Part shown: positions 19,832 through 29,730 of the stretch, in pieces | How the letters are laid out: the number at the start of each line of letters is the position of its first letter | Numbering within the stretch: position 1 is the stretch's first letter | From: Chitinivibrionales bacterium | GTDB taxonomy: Bacteria; Fibrobacterota; Chitinivibrionia; Chitinivibrionales; WJKA01 | Assembly: GCA_038247415.1 (NCBI GenBank) | Contig: JBBRUX010000007.1 | Span: 32,001 to 96,000, forward strand | DNA: 64,000 nucleotides | Direction: 5' to 3' | Notes under the pieces: generated by a model | Databases searched by the model: none | Told to the model about the DNA's origin: nothing | The model's input: the letters and a program-made list of their open reading frames with translations, nothing else | Program-made: the position numbers and the translations under genes

Positions 19832-21016
19832 CTAAAACTTTTTCGTTATCGACATATCAATGGTGTGATACGTATAAGAATTTTTTCCAAAAAAAGAATA
19901 AGCACTATAAGGTTGTGAATAAATCTTATACTCGACACCAAGGGAGGTATTCCACCAAAGGTTTTTTGCCATTGAAGCTGTAAAAGTCAACGGAGCCAAG
20001 CCATTATAGAAGTAGTAAAAATCTCCAAAGCCAGCAAGGATATTTTTGGGGACAGATTGATAGTATCCCCGATACGTTCCGCCAGAAACAAGAGGCATGG
20101 TAATTTTACTAAACAAATTATTGATTAGCGCTTCGTTACTGGCCCATTTCTTTTCAAATGCTAGAATGCAATGAGCAGACCATTCATCTTGTGGTGTTGT
20201 ATAAGGTGCATAGCCGTATAGAATTTCGCCAGAATCAGTTTCTGCTAATGGTAGATAAAAATTTTCTTGGGTTGTACGGTAAGCGATTGACAAGCCACCA
20301 TACAAAACAGGAGTAATGGGGCCGAATGTGTAAAATGAAAAGTTGTGAAGTGTATTTTCGGGGAGTGGGTTTGTAGCATCATCAATAAAATTTCTCAGTG
20401 GATTTACCACGTCAAAAAATGTCTTGAAAAACAGAGTGTCATTTAAAATCGTATTCAGGTCTTTTCTGTCAACACTCTTATACTGATCATTCTGGTAATC
20501 GCAGTGGAACTCCCACTGTGCAACCTGTGCGGCGACATCGGCGCCAATGGAGCGTTTTGTAACGCCGATATATTGTGCAAAAGGATTTTCGGCAGTAACG
20601 CCATAATCAAATCGCACGTGGGGTGACCATCGAACGGCCGGTGCCGCAGGTAGTGTAAATGACAGTGGTAGCGAACCACTGAAACGCATGCGACCAGATT
20701 TTCCTGTTGGATACCAGACCTGCTGATATGTGGGTGTGGCCTCAAAGGCGCCAATCGTTAAAAAATAACTGCACCCCGCAGAAATCCTTTTGTCTGCAAT
20801 GGGTGCAAATCCGCTGATGGAATGGGATATTTTAGATTCCTGATAATCAACCGATGCAGAAATAAGTCCAAGACCAGCTTTAAAATTTTTCAATTTCGCT
20901 TCTACGTCTGTGGCATGGAAGTATGTGTTGTCAAAAAGATAGCTGTACATTCCAGAGATCTCCCGACTTGAAACGATGGATACGGTGAGCATAAGTATGC
21001 TCAACAGAATTTTCAT
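19832..21016 (-). CDS. Hypothetical outer-membrane beta-barrel protein
   Basis: Signal peptide, aromatic alternating strands, terminal Phe. Confidence 0.55.
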   Translation of the reverse strand: MKILLSILMLTVSIVSSREISGMYSYLFDNTYFHATDVEAKLKNFKAGLGLISASVDYQESKISHSISGFAPIADKRISAGCSYFLTIGAFEATPTYQQVWYPTGKSGRMRFSGSLPLSFTLPAAPAVRWSPHVRFDYGVTAENPFAQYIGVTKRSIGADVAAQVAQWEFHCDYQNDQYKSVDRKDLNTILNDTLFFKTFFDVVNPLRNFIDDATNPLPENTLHNFSFYTFGPITPVLYGGLSIAYRTTQENFYLPLAETDSGEILYGYAPYTTPQDEWSAHCILAFEKKWASNEALINNLFSKITMPLVSGGTYRGYYQSVPKNILAGFGDFYYFYNGLAPLTFTASMAKNLWWNTSLGVEYKIYSQPYSAYSFFGKNSYTYHTIDMSITKKF

Positions 21017-22353
21017 CGTATAACCCTATTCTTAAATGTAAAAACGTCTAGATTATTGCTGATAGTTACTACATACATTCCCTTGACGATAGGCTTTGAA
21101 AAGTTGATAGATGTAGTGTTGTGCTCTACCGGCATTTGGAGCAACAGTTTTCCGTCGGGTGTGTGTATCCGCACCATTGCACCTAGCAAGCCGGTCATTG
21201 CGCCCATAGCAAGGCTGGAACGGGTAAGTGTGGGCGATAAGGCGGTTCTGCGTATCGATGGAATCAAATTTTTTACATCGCGAACATCGGTAAAAAGCGA
21301 CATCGGAGCTATTTTGAGCGTCATTGACGTTCCGCTCTTGTCGAACCAGCACAGCGTGTCGCTATGTAGTGTTGGATGTCCCTGGTATCCTGGCGCAACA
21401 ACAAGCGGAACGGTAGTGCCGGACACGGTATTATACCCATAGATGTCTGCATTGGTACTGTCGGTTGATGTTGCGTTGCGAAAGTCTTCCCATACAATCC
21501 AGTTCCCTCGAACAAAGGGGTTTCCTTGATATTTTGAGGCTATACAAATCGGAGTTGTTACTCCATTTGTCAAATTGTATGAATAGATGTCTCCGTTTTT
21601 ATGATCTACTGTGGCATTACGATAATCTACCCAGACAGCGACATTACCATCGATGCGTGGATCATCTTTCCCAGCAGAAAAAGGGGCAATTTCGATACCT
21701 GATGAGGTGACTGGAGTATACGAAAAAAGCCGCCCAAAAGACTGTGCATTATCTATCCAGACAATCGAACTACCGTCGGTAAACGGTTTGCCTTGGTATG
21801 CATGATCATTGGTTATTCGACGCTCTTGGTTTGCAGAAAGATCATACATGAAGATTTCGCTATTGAGACTGTCGACTGAGGTAGAATCCCAATAGCGGTA
21901 ATCCACCCAAATAGCATAGTTCCCCCCAACCCAGACAGCTTCTTTCCAACTGCTGTTTGTGGTCAATTGTCGAGTAACATTGGTACTAATATTTTTTTCA
22001 TAGAGATAACAGGTACGGCCTCCGCTACCTGCTCCACCACCAGAACCAGGCGTTCCAGATGCAAGGTATGGAACATACACCAATCGGTTATTCGCATAGC
22101 CATAAGTGATGTAATAGGGCATTGAGTTGTCGCTTGGGACAGCAACGGTTTTAGCTTTTGTAGCAAGTGTTACGAGTGAAACCTGGGCCCAGTAGAGAGA
22201 GGACGTGGCATAATGGTAGTCAAAACAGGCCATTTTTCCCTGAGACATGACCCCCCAGGTATCGGTGCTTACCGATGTCAATACTTCCTCGGAAGAAACC
22301 GCAGCAATGAGTAGTGGAAAGCTTACCGTTAGTATTTTGAGTATGCGATTCAT
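21013..22353 (-). CDS. Secreted beta-propeller repeat protein with T9SS-like C-terminal domain
   Basis: Repeats W[VE]D[YF]R..[DE]I[YF]xY; C-terminal TPDGKLL...KGMYVV. Confidence 0.7.
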   Translation of the reverse strand: MNRILKILTVSFPLLIAAVSSEEVLTSVSTDTWGVMSQGKMACFDYHYATSSLYWAQVSLVTLATKAKTVAVPSDNSMPYYITYGYANNRLVYVPYLASGTPGSGGGAGSGGRTCYLYEKNISTNVTRQLTTNSSWKEAVWVGGNYAIWVDYRYWDSTSVDSLNSEIFMYDLSANQERRITNDHAYQGKPFTDGSSIVWIDNAQSFGRLFSYTPVTSSGIEIAPFSAGKDDPRIDGNVAVWVDYRNATVDHKNGDIYSYNLTNGVTTPICIASKYQGNPFVRGNWIVWEDFRNATSTDSTNADIYGYNTVSGTTVPLVVAPGYQGHPTLHSDTLCWFDKSGTSMTLKIAPMSLFTDVRDVKNLIPSIRRTALSPTLTRSSLAMGAMTGLLGAMVRIHTPDGKLLLQMPVEHNTTSINFSKPIVKGMYVVTISNNLDVFTFKNRVIR

Positions 22354-23423
22354 AGATTTTCTCCTTTGTGATAGGTTTTGATTTTTATGTGATCTGTAAT
22401 TTCTTTTTTGTCTATTTTTGTATACACCTCCGCATCGCTTGTGAAACTCAGGTCAACCGGTAATCCTGACGGTGTCTGTGCCTGGGGCGCATCGAATATT
22501 ATAAGGCCTTTAACAAGAGGGAAGTTTTTGGTGGCAAGCGAGTGAAACATATCGCGGTACCAGTCGTTCTTGTTGCCGCCGCCTTGCCCACACCCAGCCT
22601 CGGCGATTATAATGGGCTTATTATAGCCCTTAACAGCATCGTAGAGGATTTTTGTTACCGTATAAAAATCCATCCACAAACCGTTTTCGGCCAGCGAACC
22701 AAAGTTAAATATGTCGAGTCCGATCCAATCGACATATTTATCGCCAGGGTAGTTTGCCGTGTCTGCTGGGATATAGGGATTCCAAACAAAAGCGACATTA
22801 CGCGCTCCTTCCTGGGCAAAGATGTCGTGCACATGGCGCCAGAACCTCTTGTATGATTCTGGCGAATTTCCGTGTGAGGTACTCCAAGAGTACCACGGGT
22901 TGGACATCTCGTGCCCGGGTCGAAGGAAAAAAGGCTTTTTAAGCTTCGCCGCCTCCCGTGCCCAGGCATGTATAAACAAATCAAATTGACCTTGACTGAT
23001 GATATTCAGGGACGAGTCTACCTGACTATCCCTAAATTTTTTAAAGGCCGATACCCAAGGCTCCCAGGTTATCAAGGGAGTGTAACCGCCATTGACAAGA
23101 TTACGATTGACATCGGTTAAAAAAGCATGCTCTTTCTGGTCTCCCCAAGCCTGGTAATAGGAGACGATTGAGACCTGCGCACTTAACCCTTCCTGAACCA
23201 CAAACAGCATTCCGAATTCATAGGGTAATTCGGGCCGGTAAAGTCCAAGAAAAAATTCACTTTCTTGTGTCAATGCAATCTTGTCTTGGACCAGGTTTTT
23301 TGTAACACGCTGATAATAGACTTCGAGCCCCACACGCTCAAATGGTTTTATCGCATAGATATAGGCTGCAACAATAATACCAGATATTAGAGCAATTTTT
23401 AGCATGATAAAAATGCTTTTCAT
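22350..23423 (-). CDS. Glycoside hydrolase family 26
   Basis: ITWEPW, RPGHEM..W, YPGDKYVDWIGLD, KPIIIAE. Confidence 0.85.
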   Translation of the reverse strand: MKSIFIMLKIALISGIIVAAYIYAIKPFERVGLEVYYQRVTKNLVQDKIALTQESEFFLGLYRPELPYEFGMLFVVQEGLSAQVSIVSYYQAWGDQKEHAFLTDVNRNLVNGGYTPLITWEPWVSAFKKFRDSQVDSSLNIISQGQFDLFIHAWAREAAKLKKPFFLRPGHEMSNPWYSWSTSHGNSPESYKRFWRHVHDIFAQEGARNVAFVWNPYIPADTANYPGDKYVDWIGLDIFNFGSLAENGLWMDFYTVTKILYDAVKGYNKPIIIAEAGCGQGGGNKNDWYRDMFHSLATKNFPLVKGLIIFDAPQAQTPSGLPVDLSFTSDAEVYTKIDKKEITDHIKIKTYHKGENL

Positions 23424-24937
23424 GCACCACACCCCTTTTTTGGAAACAAGCCCCAGAATACCACAGGGGCTAATGACACAACATTCATTACTGCAAATAC
23501 CATCATAAGCTGCGTGCCGCTATCGATCCGAGGATATGTTGTTAGGACAAATGCGATTGACATACACGACAAAAGGATGGCGATTATATGCGGGAGCACA
23601 AGCGTTATGCTTGTTTTTTCGGATCCCGATTTAGGCGTGGGAATCCAGACAATATTCTTTCCTGTTAATGAATAAAAAAGAGCCAGCGTATAGATGTGCC
23701 ATGTCCCTTTTTCCAAAAACATCGAACGCCAGGGGAAGCCTTTTTCCTGCGGCGCCGAATACCAGCGCTGGATATACATACTGAGCATAAGCGAAGCGAT
23801 CACATACGGCGTTATGTGCAGGAAATATCCGCTTATAGGCATTTCTATTGCATATATCTTGAAAAAGATAAAAATGACAGGCAGAATAATTGTTAATAAA
23901 GTAACAGCTCCATTCAGATAAAATGTCCCGGCAAACAGGTAGTAGATTTTTTGTTGAATATTGAGATTAAAAAATGCCTTTGGATATTCGTGCAGCAAAA
24001 GATCAAACATTCCTTTGGCCCATTTGATCTGCTGTTTAAAGAATGACGCAAGGTCTTCGGGTACGAGTCCGTATGATGCACGATACGGCACGTATCGTCC
24101 TTTCCATCCGGCAGCATGCAATCGAAGGGATGTGCAGGCATCTTCGGCCAAATGGACTGCATGGCCATCAATAGAATCAAGTGCCGCGCGACGAAAAGTA
24201 CAATTAGCACCAATGGCAATTGCTGAATCAAGGCCAGAAAGTCCCATTTGCAGTGGCCCGTAAAATCCAAACCCCTGCTCGGCAGCGGCGTGTGCAACCA
24301 CATTTTTATCAGCGTTATAATATGCCTGAACAACCTGAACAAATCCCACTTTTTCATCGTTGAAATATGGCAGTGTTCTGTCAAGAAAATCCGGTTCGGG
24401 TATGTGGTCGGGGTCAAGCACCAGAACAAGCTCAGCCTTCGAGAAGTTTTTAAGGCAGTAGTTTATTTTCCCCGCCTTTGCTCCGGGCACCCCTTTACAA
24501 TTTATATGCCCAACTCCCAATTCTGAGCACAGCGATTTAAGTTGCGGATCATCGCTTCCATCAAGAAGGTAGGATGTGTGTGGATGTGTAATCTTTTGCA
24601 TTGCAATCAGGGTTGTCCGGAACATATCACATGGCTCGCCCGGCATGGCAGTTGTAAAAATATCGACTGTCCGGTGCGTTGTTGAGGTGTGTAGTGACGG
24701 GATGGCAATAAACTGGAAAAAGATCCAACTTATTACTGATCTAACAACGCCACGAAAAACAGCATAACTGAGGAGTATAAACAGAAAAATATTGACGCGA
24801 TGGCCTCCAAAAAACCAGTAGTCGGCCCAGTACAGTGCTGCTTCGATAGCAAGTATCGTGAGTATGGCAAACAGTATTCTGTCCCACCAGCCAATCCTTA
24901 TGGTTGTCTGCCCTGTAGAGTACATTATTTTACCCAT
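23420..24937 (-). CDS. Processive GT2 (cellulose synthase-like) without PilZ
   Basis: AKAG, DPD, VQVVQ, LAED, QQIKW; multiple TMs. Confidence 0.85.
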   Translation of the reverse strand: MGKIMYSTGQTTIRIGWWDRILFAILTILAIEAALYWADYWFFGGHRVNIFLFILLSYAVFRGVVRSVISWIFFQFIAIPSLHTSTTHRTVDIFTTAMPGEPCDMFRTTLIAMQKITHPHTSYLLDGSDDPQLKSLCSELGVGHINCKGVPGAKAGKINYCLKNFSKAELVLVLDPDHIPEPDFLDRTLPYFNDEKVGFVQVVQAYYNADKNVVAHAAAEQGFGFYGPLQMGLSGLDSAIAIGANCTFRRAALDSIDGHAVHLAEDACTSLRLHAAGWKGRYVPYRASYGLVPEDLASFFKQQIKWAKGMFDLLLHEYPKAFFNLNIQQKIYYLFAGTFYLNGAVTLLTIILPVIFIFFKIYAIEMPISGYFLHITPYVIASLMLSMYIQRWYSAPQEKGFPWRSMFLEKGTWHIYTLALFYSLTGKNIVWIPTPKSGSEKTSITLVLPHIIAILLSCMSIAFVLTTYPRIDSGTQLMMVFAVMNVVSLAPVVFWGLFPKKGCGA

Positions 24938-25779
24938 AAGAGTTTTTCCAGACTTAGTTTGGCACGTTTGTTGTCGGGAGCTATAATTATCATGTTTTTA
25001 TATGCATCCCGCGCTTCACTAAATTTACCCGTCCACTCAAGTATCTGGCCCTTGAGTTGCAATGCGTCAAGAATGCGATCACGTACTTCTGGAGGAGCGC
25101 TTGCCGGCTTTCGATCCATTGCAATGACACTGTCCAGTTCACTTAATGCCGCGAGCGACTGGCCCTTCCATGCAGTTACTTCCGCACGACGGATTTTAGC
25201 GTGCATACGAAGGGTACGAGGGGCACTTGGGTCATCGACAACTCTGGTAAAAAGCGCTATCGATTCGTCAAACTTCTTTTTCCAGGAAAGAACCTCGGCT
25301 TTATGGTTCATTGTTGCCCAAGGTTGCTTTTCTTTTGCGATCATGCTGTCGTAACATGCAATGGCTTCATCGAATTTTCCCAGCATTTCCAAACGCATGG
25401 CAAAAACATTTTTATAGGCATGTTGGGTTTTGTTAGTTACTTTGTCGAGCAAACTGCCGGCTTTTTTGAATTCTTTTTTCCACAGCAATACTTCTGAGTA
25501 ATGTATAAGCACAGGATCATCGGCCTTCCCTGATGCAACTACCATTTCTAGATACAAAACAGCCGAATCTGCTTTGTAAATATGATAAAATGCTTCCCCT
25601 TTAAGCCGGAATGTTTCGTTGTTGTGTGTGCATTCTGCCAGAATTACAAGCGCTGTGTCATAATTTTGTTTACTAATGGCCTGCATCGCTTTTTTCTGAC
25701 AGGCATCTTGTGCCTGCAATGGCATAGTCACGTAGAACAGCATCAGAATCGACCAATGAGCAATGGTCATGGTTCGCAT
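24925..25779 (-). CDS. Exported TPR protein
   Basis: Signal peptide; repeated AEVLSW/AEVTAW/GQILEW helices. Confidence 0.75.
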   Translation of the reverse strand: MRTMTIAHWSILMLFYVTMPLQAQDACQKKAMQAISKQNYDTALVILAECTHNNETFRLKGEAFYHIYKADSAVLYLEMVVASGKADDPVLIHYSEVLLWKKEFKKAGSLLDKVTNKTQHAYKNVFAMRLEMLGKFDEAIACYDSMIAKEKQPWATMNHKAEVLSWKKKFDESIALFTRVVDDPSAPRTLRMHAKIRRAEVTAWKGQSLAALSELDSVIAMDRKPASAPPEVRDRILDALQLKGQILEWTGKFSEARDAYKNMIIIAPDNKRAKLSLEKLLWVK

Positions 25780-26711
25780 ACAGCAACTCTCCTTTTGCGT
25801 TCAAAGTCAATGGTTTTATTTATTCCAGCATCCAGACTTGTACTCGGTTGCCAGTTGAGAATTTTTTTAGCTTTTGTGCCGTCAACGCAATACTCCCACG
25901 ACTCTTTGTCGCGATAAGGAATCGCACCTGGCCGTACTTTATTCTTTTCACCAACCAATTTTTCTACCATGACAGCAACATCTCGCAGCATGGGAGCATG
26001 TCCGGTTCCAAGGTTGAAAAGACCGGAAATTTCGGGCTGATCAAGAACAATCTCAATGGCATTGACCAGGTCATCGATATAAATAAAGTCTCGGGTCTGT
26101 TCGCCTTTTGTCATGGGAAATTCCTTTCCATCCAGCAGCGATGAAACCAGCGTTGGAATAAACATTGCGTTTGTCTGACCAGCACCATAGAGTATACCTA
26201 TTCTGAAAATCACCCACGAAAGAGCGTATCTGTTGCCATAAAATCGGATAAGCTGCTCACTCATAAGTTTTGATAAGGCGTAAAAATCGCCCGGATCAGT
26301 CTGCATCGCTTCGGTGAATGGACCTTTTTGACTGCCATATACCAGTGCTGTTGACGGAAAGACTATACGCGCCTTGTGCTCTTGTGCCATTTCGAGGAGG
26401 AGAAACGTTGCCTGAATATTTGAATTCATAATAGCAAAGTAGGTGTTCGTGTCTGATGCTTGGGAAATGATTGCTGCAAGATGTATGATAGTGTCAAACC
26501 TATACATTAGAGAAAGTTTTTCGATACACGGTCGGCTTGATAAATCCCCTTTATGATATTCTATACCTGCGTGAAGGTTTTCGTTCAATGGAATAAAGTT
26601 TTCGTGAACATCAACGGCGACAATATTCGTTTTTGGCCGATTGACAAGAAAATTGATGAGATTGCGACCCACAAAGCCGTTTGCGCCGGTAACAAGAATT
26701 ACATTGTCCAT
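25767..26711 (-). CDS. NAD-dependent epimerase/dehydratase
   Basis: TGANGFVG, HLAA, YALSK, RDFIYIDD; GGAGG SD. Confidence 0.9.
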   Translation of the reverse strand: MDNVILVTGANGFVGRNLINFLVNRPKTNIVAVDVHENFIPLNENLHAGIEYHKGDLSSRPCIEKLSLMYRFDTIIHLAAIISQASDTNTYFAIMNSNIQATFLLLEMAQEHKARIVFPSTALVYGSQKGPFTEAMQTDPGDFYALSKLMSEQLIRFYGNRYALSWVIFRIGILYGAGQTNAMFIPTLVSSLLDGKEFPMTKGEQTRDFIYIDDLVNAIEIVLDQPEISGLFNLGTGHAPMLRDVAVMVEKLVGEKNKVRPGAIPYRDKESWEYCVDGTKAKKILNWQPSTSLDAGINKTIDFERKRRVAVCEP

Positions 26712-27802
26712 GGTAAACCTCCTTGTGCAGCTTTTTCCACATAGAGTGCCAAATCTTCTGCTGTGGAAACAGTATTGATGGTATAAAAGTTTTTGTACCA
26801 CTGAACTGTCCGTTCAAACGTAGTTTCGAGATCCCATGTTGGATGCCACTTTAGCATTGAATGCGCCTTTGAGCAATCAAGACTGAGGAAGCGCGCTTCG
26901 TGGGGGTTTTTTTCCGACGATTGGATTTCGTATGCGATGGCAGCCCAGTATTTTTTGACTTTGCGTACAACCTCTTCGACGCACAGCGAACCTTCGGGTG
27001 GTGGACCGAAATTAAACGCAGTTGCAAAGTCGCGCTGCTCCAGCAGTAGGTGTTGACCTACTGTTAAATAGCCGCTTAAACATTCCAGAACATGCTGCCA
27101 TGGGCGTGTAGCATGGGGACTGCGAATGACAACTGTTTCCTTGTGGGAACACGATCGCATGATGTCGGGAATAAGCCTATCTCGCGCCCAGTCTCCGCCA
27201 CCAATCACATTGCCTGCACGCACACTTGACAAAAGGATGTTGTGGGATTTGCCATATTCTGCAAGATTAAAAAATGAATTGCGATAGCTTGCAATCATTA
27301 TCTCTGCGCATGCTTTAGAGGAGCTGTATGGGTCATATCCTCCGAGTTCATCAACTTCCCGATATCCCCACCACCATTCCCGATTCTGATAGACTTTGTC
27401 TGTGGTGATTGCCACAATAGCGCGCACCGATTCGGATGCGCGACACGCTTCCAATACATTCATTGTGCCAATAACATTTGTGCTGTAGGTACCCACCGGA
27501 TCGACATATGAATCGCGCACAAGGGCTTGCGCTGCAAGGTGAAACACAATTTCAGGTTTTTTTTCTGCTATTGTTTTACCGAGCAATTCAGTGTCGCGAA
27601 TATCACCGATGATTGAATTGATATCTAAGAATAGGCTGCTAAAGTGATTAGGTTCAGATTGTGGCTGCAAGGAGTATCCGGTGACCTCGGCTCCCATTTT
27701 TTTGAGCCAATATACCAACCATGACCCCTTGAAGCCCGTGTGACCTGTTACAAAAACTTTTTTACCTGCGTAAACTCCATTAAACAAATTTCGAAATTGC
27801 AT
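26699..27802 (-). CDS. rfbG: CDP-glucose 4,6-dehydratase
   Basis: TGHTGFKGSW, TTDKVY, DPYSSSK, RPWQHVLE. Confidence 0.95.
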   Translation of the reverse strand: MQFRNLFNGVYAGKKVFVTGHTGFKGSWLVYWLKKMGAEVTGYSLQPQSEPNHFSSLFLDINSIIGDIRDTELLGKTIAEKKPEIVFHLAAQALVRDSYVDPVGTYSTNVIGTMNVLEACRASESVRAIVAITTDKVYQNREWWWGYREVDELGGYDPYSSSKACAEIMIASYRNSFFNLAEYGKSHNILLSSVRAGNVIGGGDWARDRLIPDIMRSCSHKETVVIRSPHATRPWQHVLECLSGYLTVGQHLLLEQRDFATAFNFGPPPEGSLCVEEVVRKVKKYWAAIAYEIQSSEKNPHEARFLSLDCSKAHSMLKWHPTWDLETTFERTVQWYKNFYTINTVSTAEDLALYVEKAAQGGLPWTM

Positions 27803-27813
27803 CGTGTGCTCCT

Positions 27814-28662
27814 TTACCAGATTTTCCAGGGTGCTTTTTTATCATTCCACATCGCGTTGAGGGCCATGTAGTCTTTATACGTGTCCATGCAGTGCCAGAA
27901 ACCTTCGTGCTTGAACATTCCCAATTGACTGCTGCGTGCTAATCGCTTGAAAGGCATCTCCTCAAGAACACAATCGTCACCAGTTATTATGTCGAATATA
28001 CCCCGATTGAAAACAAAAAAACCGCCATTGATAAGACCTGACATAACTGGCTTTTCCCGGAATGATGTCACCATATCTTCGGCATCAGCTTCAACGATTC
28101 CAAAGGTTGTTGGAAGATGCACTCCGGTAAGTGTTGCGGTTTTACATTTTTTTTTGTGAAAAGCCAGCAGAGCACTGATATCTACGTCTGAAACGCCATC
28201 ACCATAGGTACAAAAAAAGAGGTCTTCGGTGATATACTTTTCGATTCGTTTTATTCGGCCGCCGGTCATAGTGTTTTCGCCGGTAAGGGCAAAGGTGATT
28301 TCCCATTCATCAACGTCTGCGTCGGTGGCTGGGCTCATTTTATTTAAATCACTTCTTTCTCCGGGACCTTGTGGATTAAGATTTCTGGTAAAAGGAGAGC
28401 TGCTAATTTTCATGGTAAAATCGTGATTGCGTTTGTGGTAATTTGCAAAGTAATCGATGATTGTTTCGCCTTTATAGCCAAGGCACAAAACAAATTTTTT
28501 AATGCCATAGGTCGAATACGTCTTCATGATATGCCAGAGAATTGGCTTACCGCCAACATCGATGAGCGGCTTTGGGAGCGATTCCGAAACCCCCTTTATC
28601 CGTGTTCCCTGTCCGCCGCACAGAATAACTACCTGATACTCGGCCAGATCACTGATAGCCAT
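27814..28662 (-). CDS. rfbF: Glucose-1-phosphate cytidylyltransferase
   Basis: LCGGQGTR, PILWHIMK, TMTGGRIKR, TYGDGVSD, FWHCMDT. Confidence 0.9.
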   Translation of the reverse strand: MAISDLAEYQVVILCGGQGTRIKGVSESLPKPLIDVGGKPILWHIMKTYSTYGIKKFVLCLGYKGETIIDYFANYHKRNHDFTMKISSSPFTRNLNPQGPGERSDLNKMSPATDADVDEWEITFALTGENTMTGGRIKRIEKYITEDLFFCTYGDGVSDVDISALLAFHKKKCKTATLTGVHLPTTFGIVEADAEDMVTSFREKPVMSGLINGGFFVFNRGIFDIITGDDCVLEEMPFKRLARSSQLGMFKHEGFWHCMDTYKDYMALNAMWNDKKAPWKIW

Positions 28663-28896
28663 AAAACCCTCCTGAAAATTTTAAGTTTCCTGCATGTCTG
28701 TATGGGTGTGTCTCTTGAAATATAGCATTTTTAAAATTAAATGTGAATAGAATTAATTCAATTAATTTTTATTTTTTTTCTTAATTAAGTATTTAGCCTA
28801 TTAAAATCAATAAGTTGCATAATATTAGTGAATAAAATATTTTATAAAATATTTATATGTGTTGAAGTGTTCGTCAGTTTTGTATATTATCATAGT

Positions 28897-29730
28897 ATGA
28901 AACCAGAGCTTTTTACCTATCTCGATTACCGACATTATCTCAAGGACCTTTTTGAAGCGCTGAAAAAAGGAGATGAGGGATTATCGTACCGCATGTTTGC
29001 AAAAATGGCCGGTTCAAGTTCGCCTAATTTTTTACAGCTCATCATCCAGCGCAAACTTAACATTGGGCAATCGCATATCAGAGCTCTTGCTGAATCGATA
29101 GTGCTTTCCAAAAAAGAGGAAGGTTTTTTAGAAACCATTGTTGCCTTTGACCATGCCAAAACGCATGAAGAAAAAAACAAATACTACCGCAGAATGCTTT
29201 TAACGCGTGAATATAGCTCAATAAGGCAATTGCAAAAGGAACAATACTCCTATTTTTCCAAATGGTATCTGCCGGTTATTCGTGAATTGGTTGTTGCATC
29301 GGACTTTACAGGAAATATGACCGCGCTTGGTGATCGTATTGTCCCGCCTGTATCTGCGAGCAAAGTTAAAAAAGGAATTGCACTATTGGAATCGTTGGGA
29401 CTTATACAAAAAGATCCAGACCGCTATATACTATCAAATGCAGTTTTAAGTACGCCTTCCGAGGTTATCTCGCTGGCAGTAACTCACTACCACAAAGACG
29501 TGATTGCGCTTGCGGCAGAGGCAATCGAAAAGTTTCCTGCGCAGGATCGCGACATTCGCGCAGTAACGCTGGGTGTTGATGCCGACGGATTCCTGGAAGT
29601 TAAACAACGCCTCGAAAGGTTTTGGAAGGAGCTTCTAGAATTTGCTGATACGCAGAAAACTCCCACCCGGGTCGTGCAGGTCAACATGCAGCTTTTTCCG
29701 TTGACAAAAGACAAGGAATTTAAAGCATGA
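28897..29730 (+). CDS. TIGR02147/DUF4423 family protein
   Basis: YLDYRHYLKD, SYRMFAKMAG, WYLPVIREL, QVNMQLFPL. Confidence 0.85.
   Translation: MKPELFTYLDYRHYLKDLFEALKKGDEGLSYRMFAKMAGSSSPNFLQLIIQRKLNIGQSHIRALAESIVLSKKEEGFLETIVAFDHAKTHEEKNKYYRRMLLTREYSSIRQLQKEQYSYFSKWYLPVIRELVVASDFTGNMTALGDRIVPPVSASKVKKGIALLESLGLIQKDPDRYILSNAVLSTPSEVISLAVTHYHKDVIALAAEAIEKFPAQDRDIRAVTLGVDADGFLEVKQRLERFWKELLEFADTQKTPTRVVQVNMQLFPLTKDKEFKA

Noticed and set aside
23420..24937. Calling the GT2 bcsA
   Set aside because: No PilZ, no bcsB, QxxKW variant, GH26 rather than GH8
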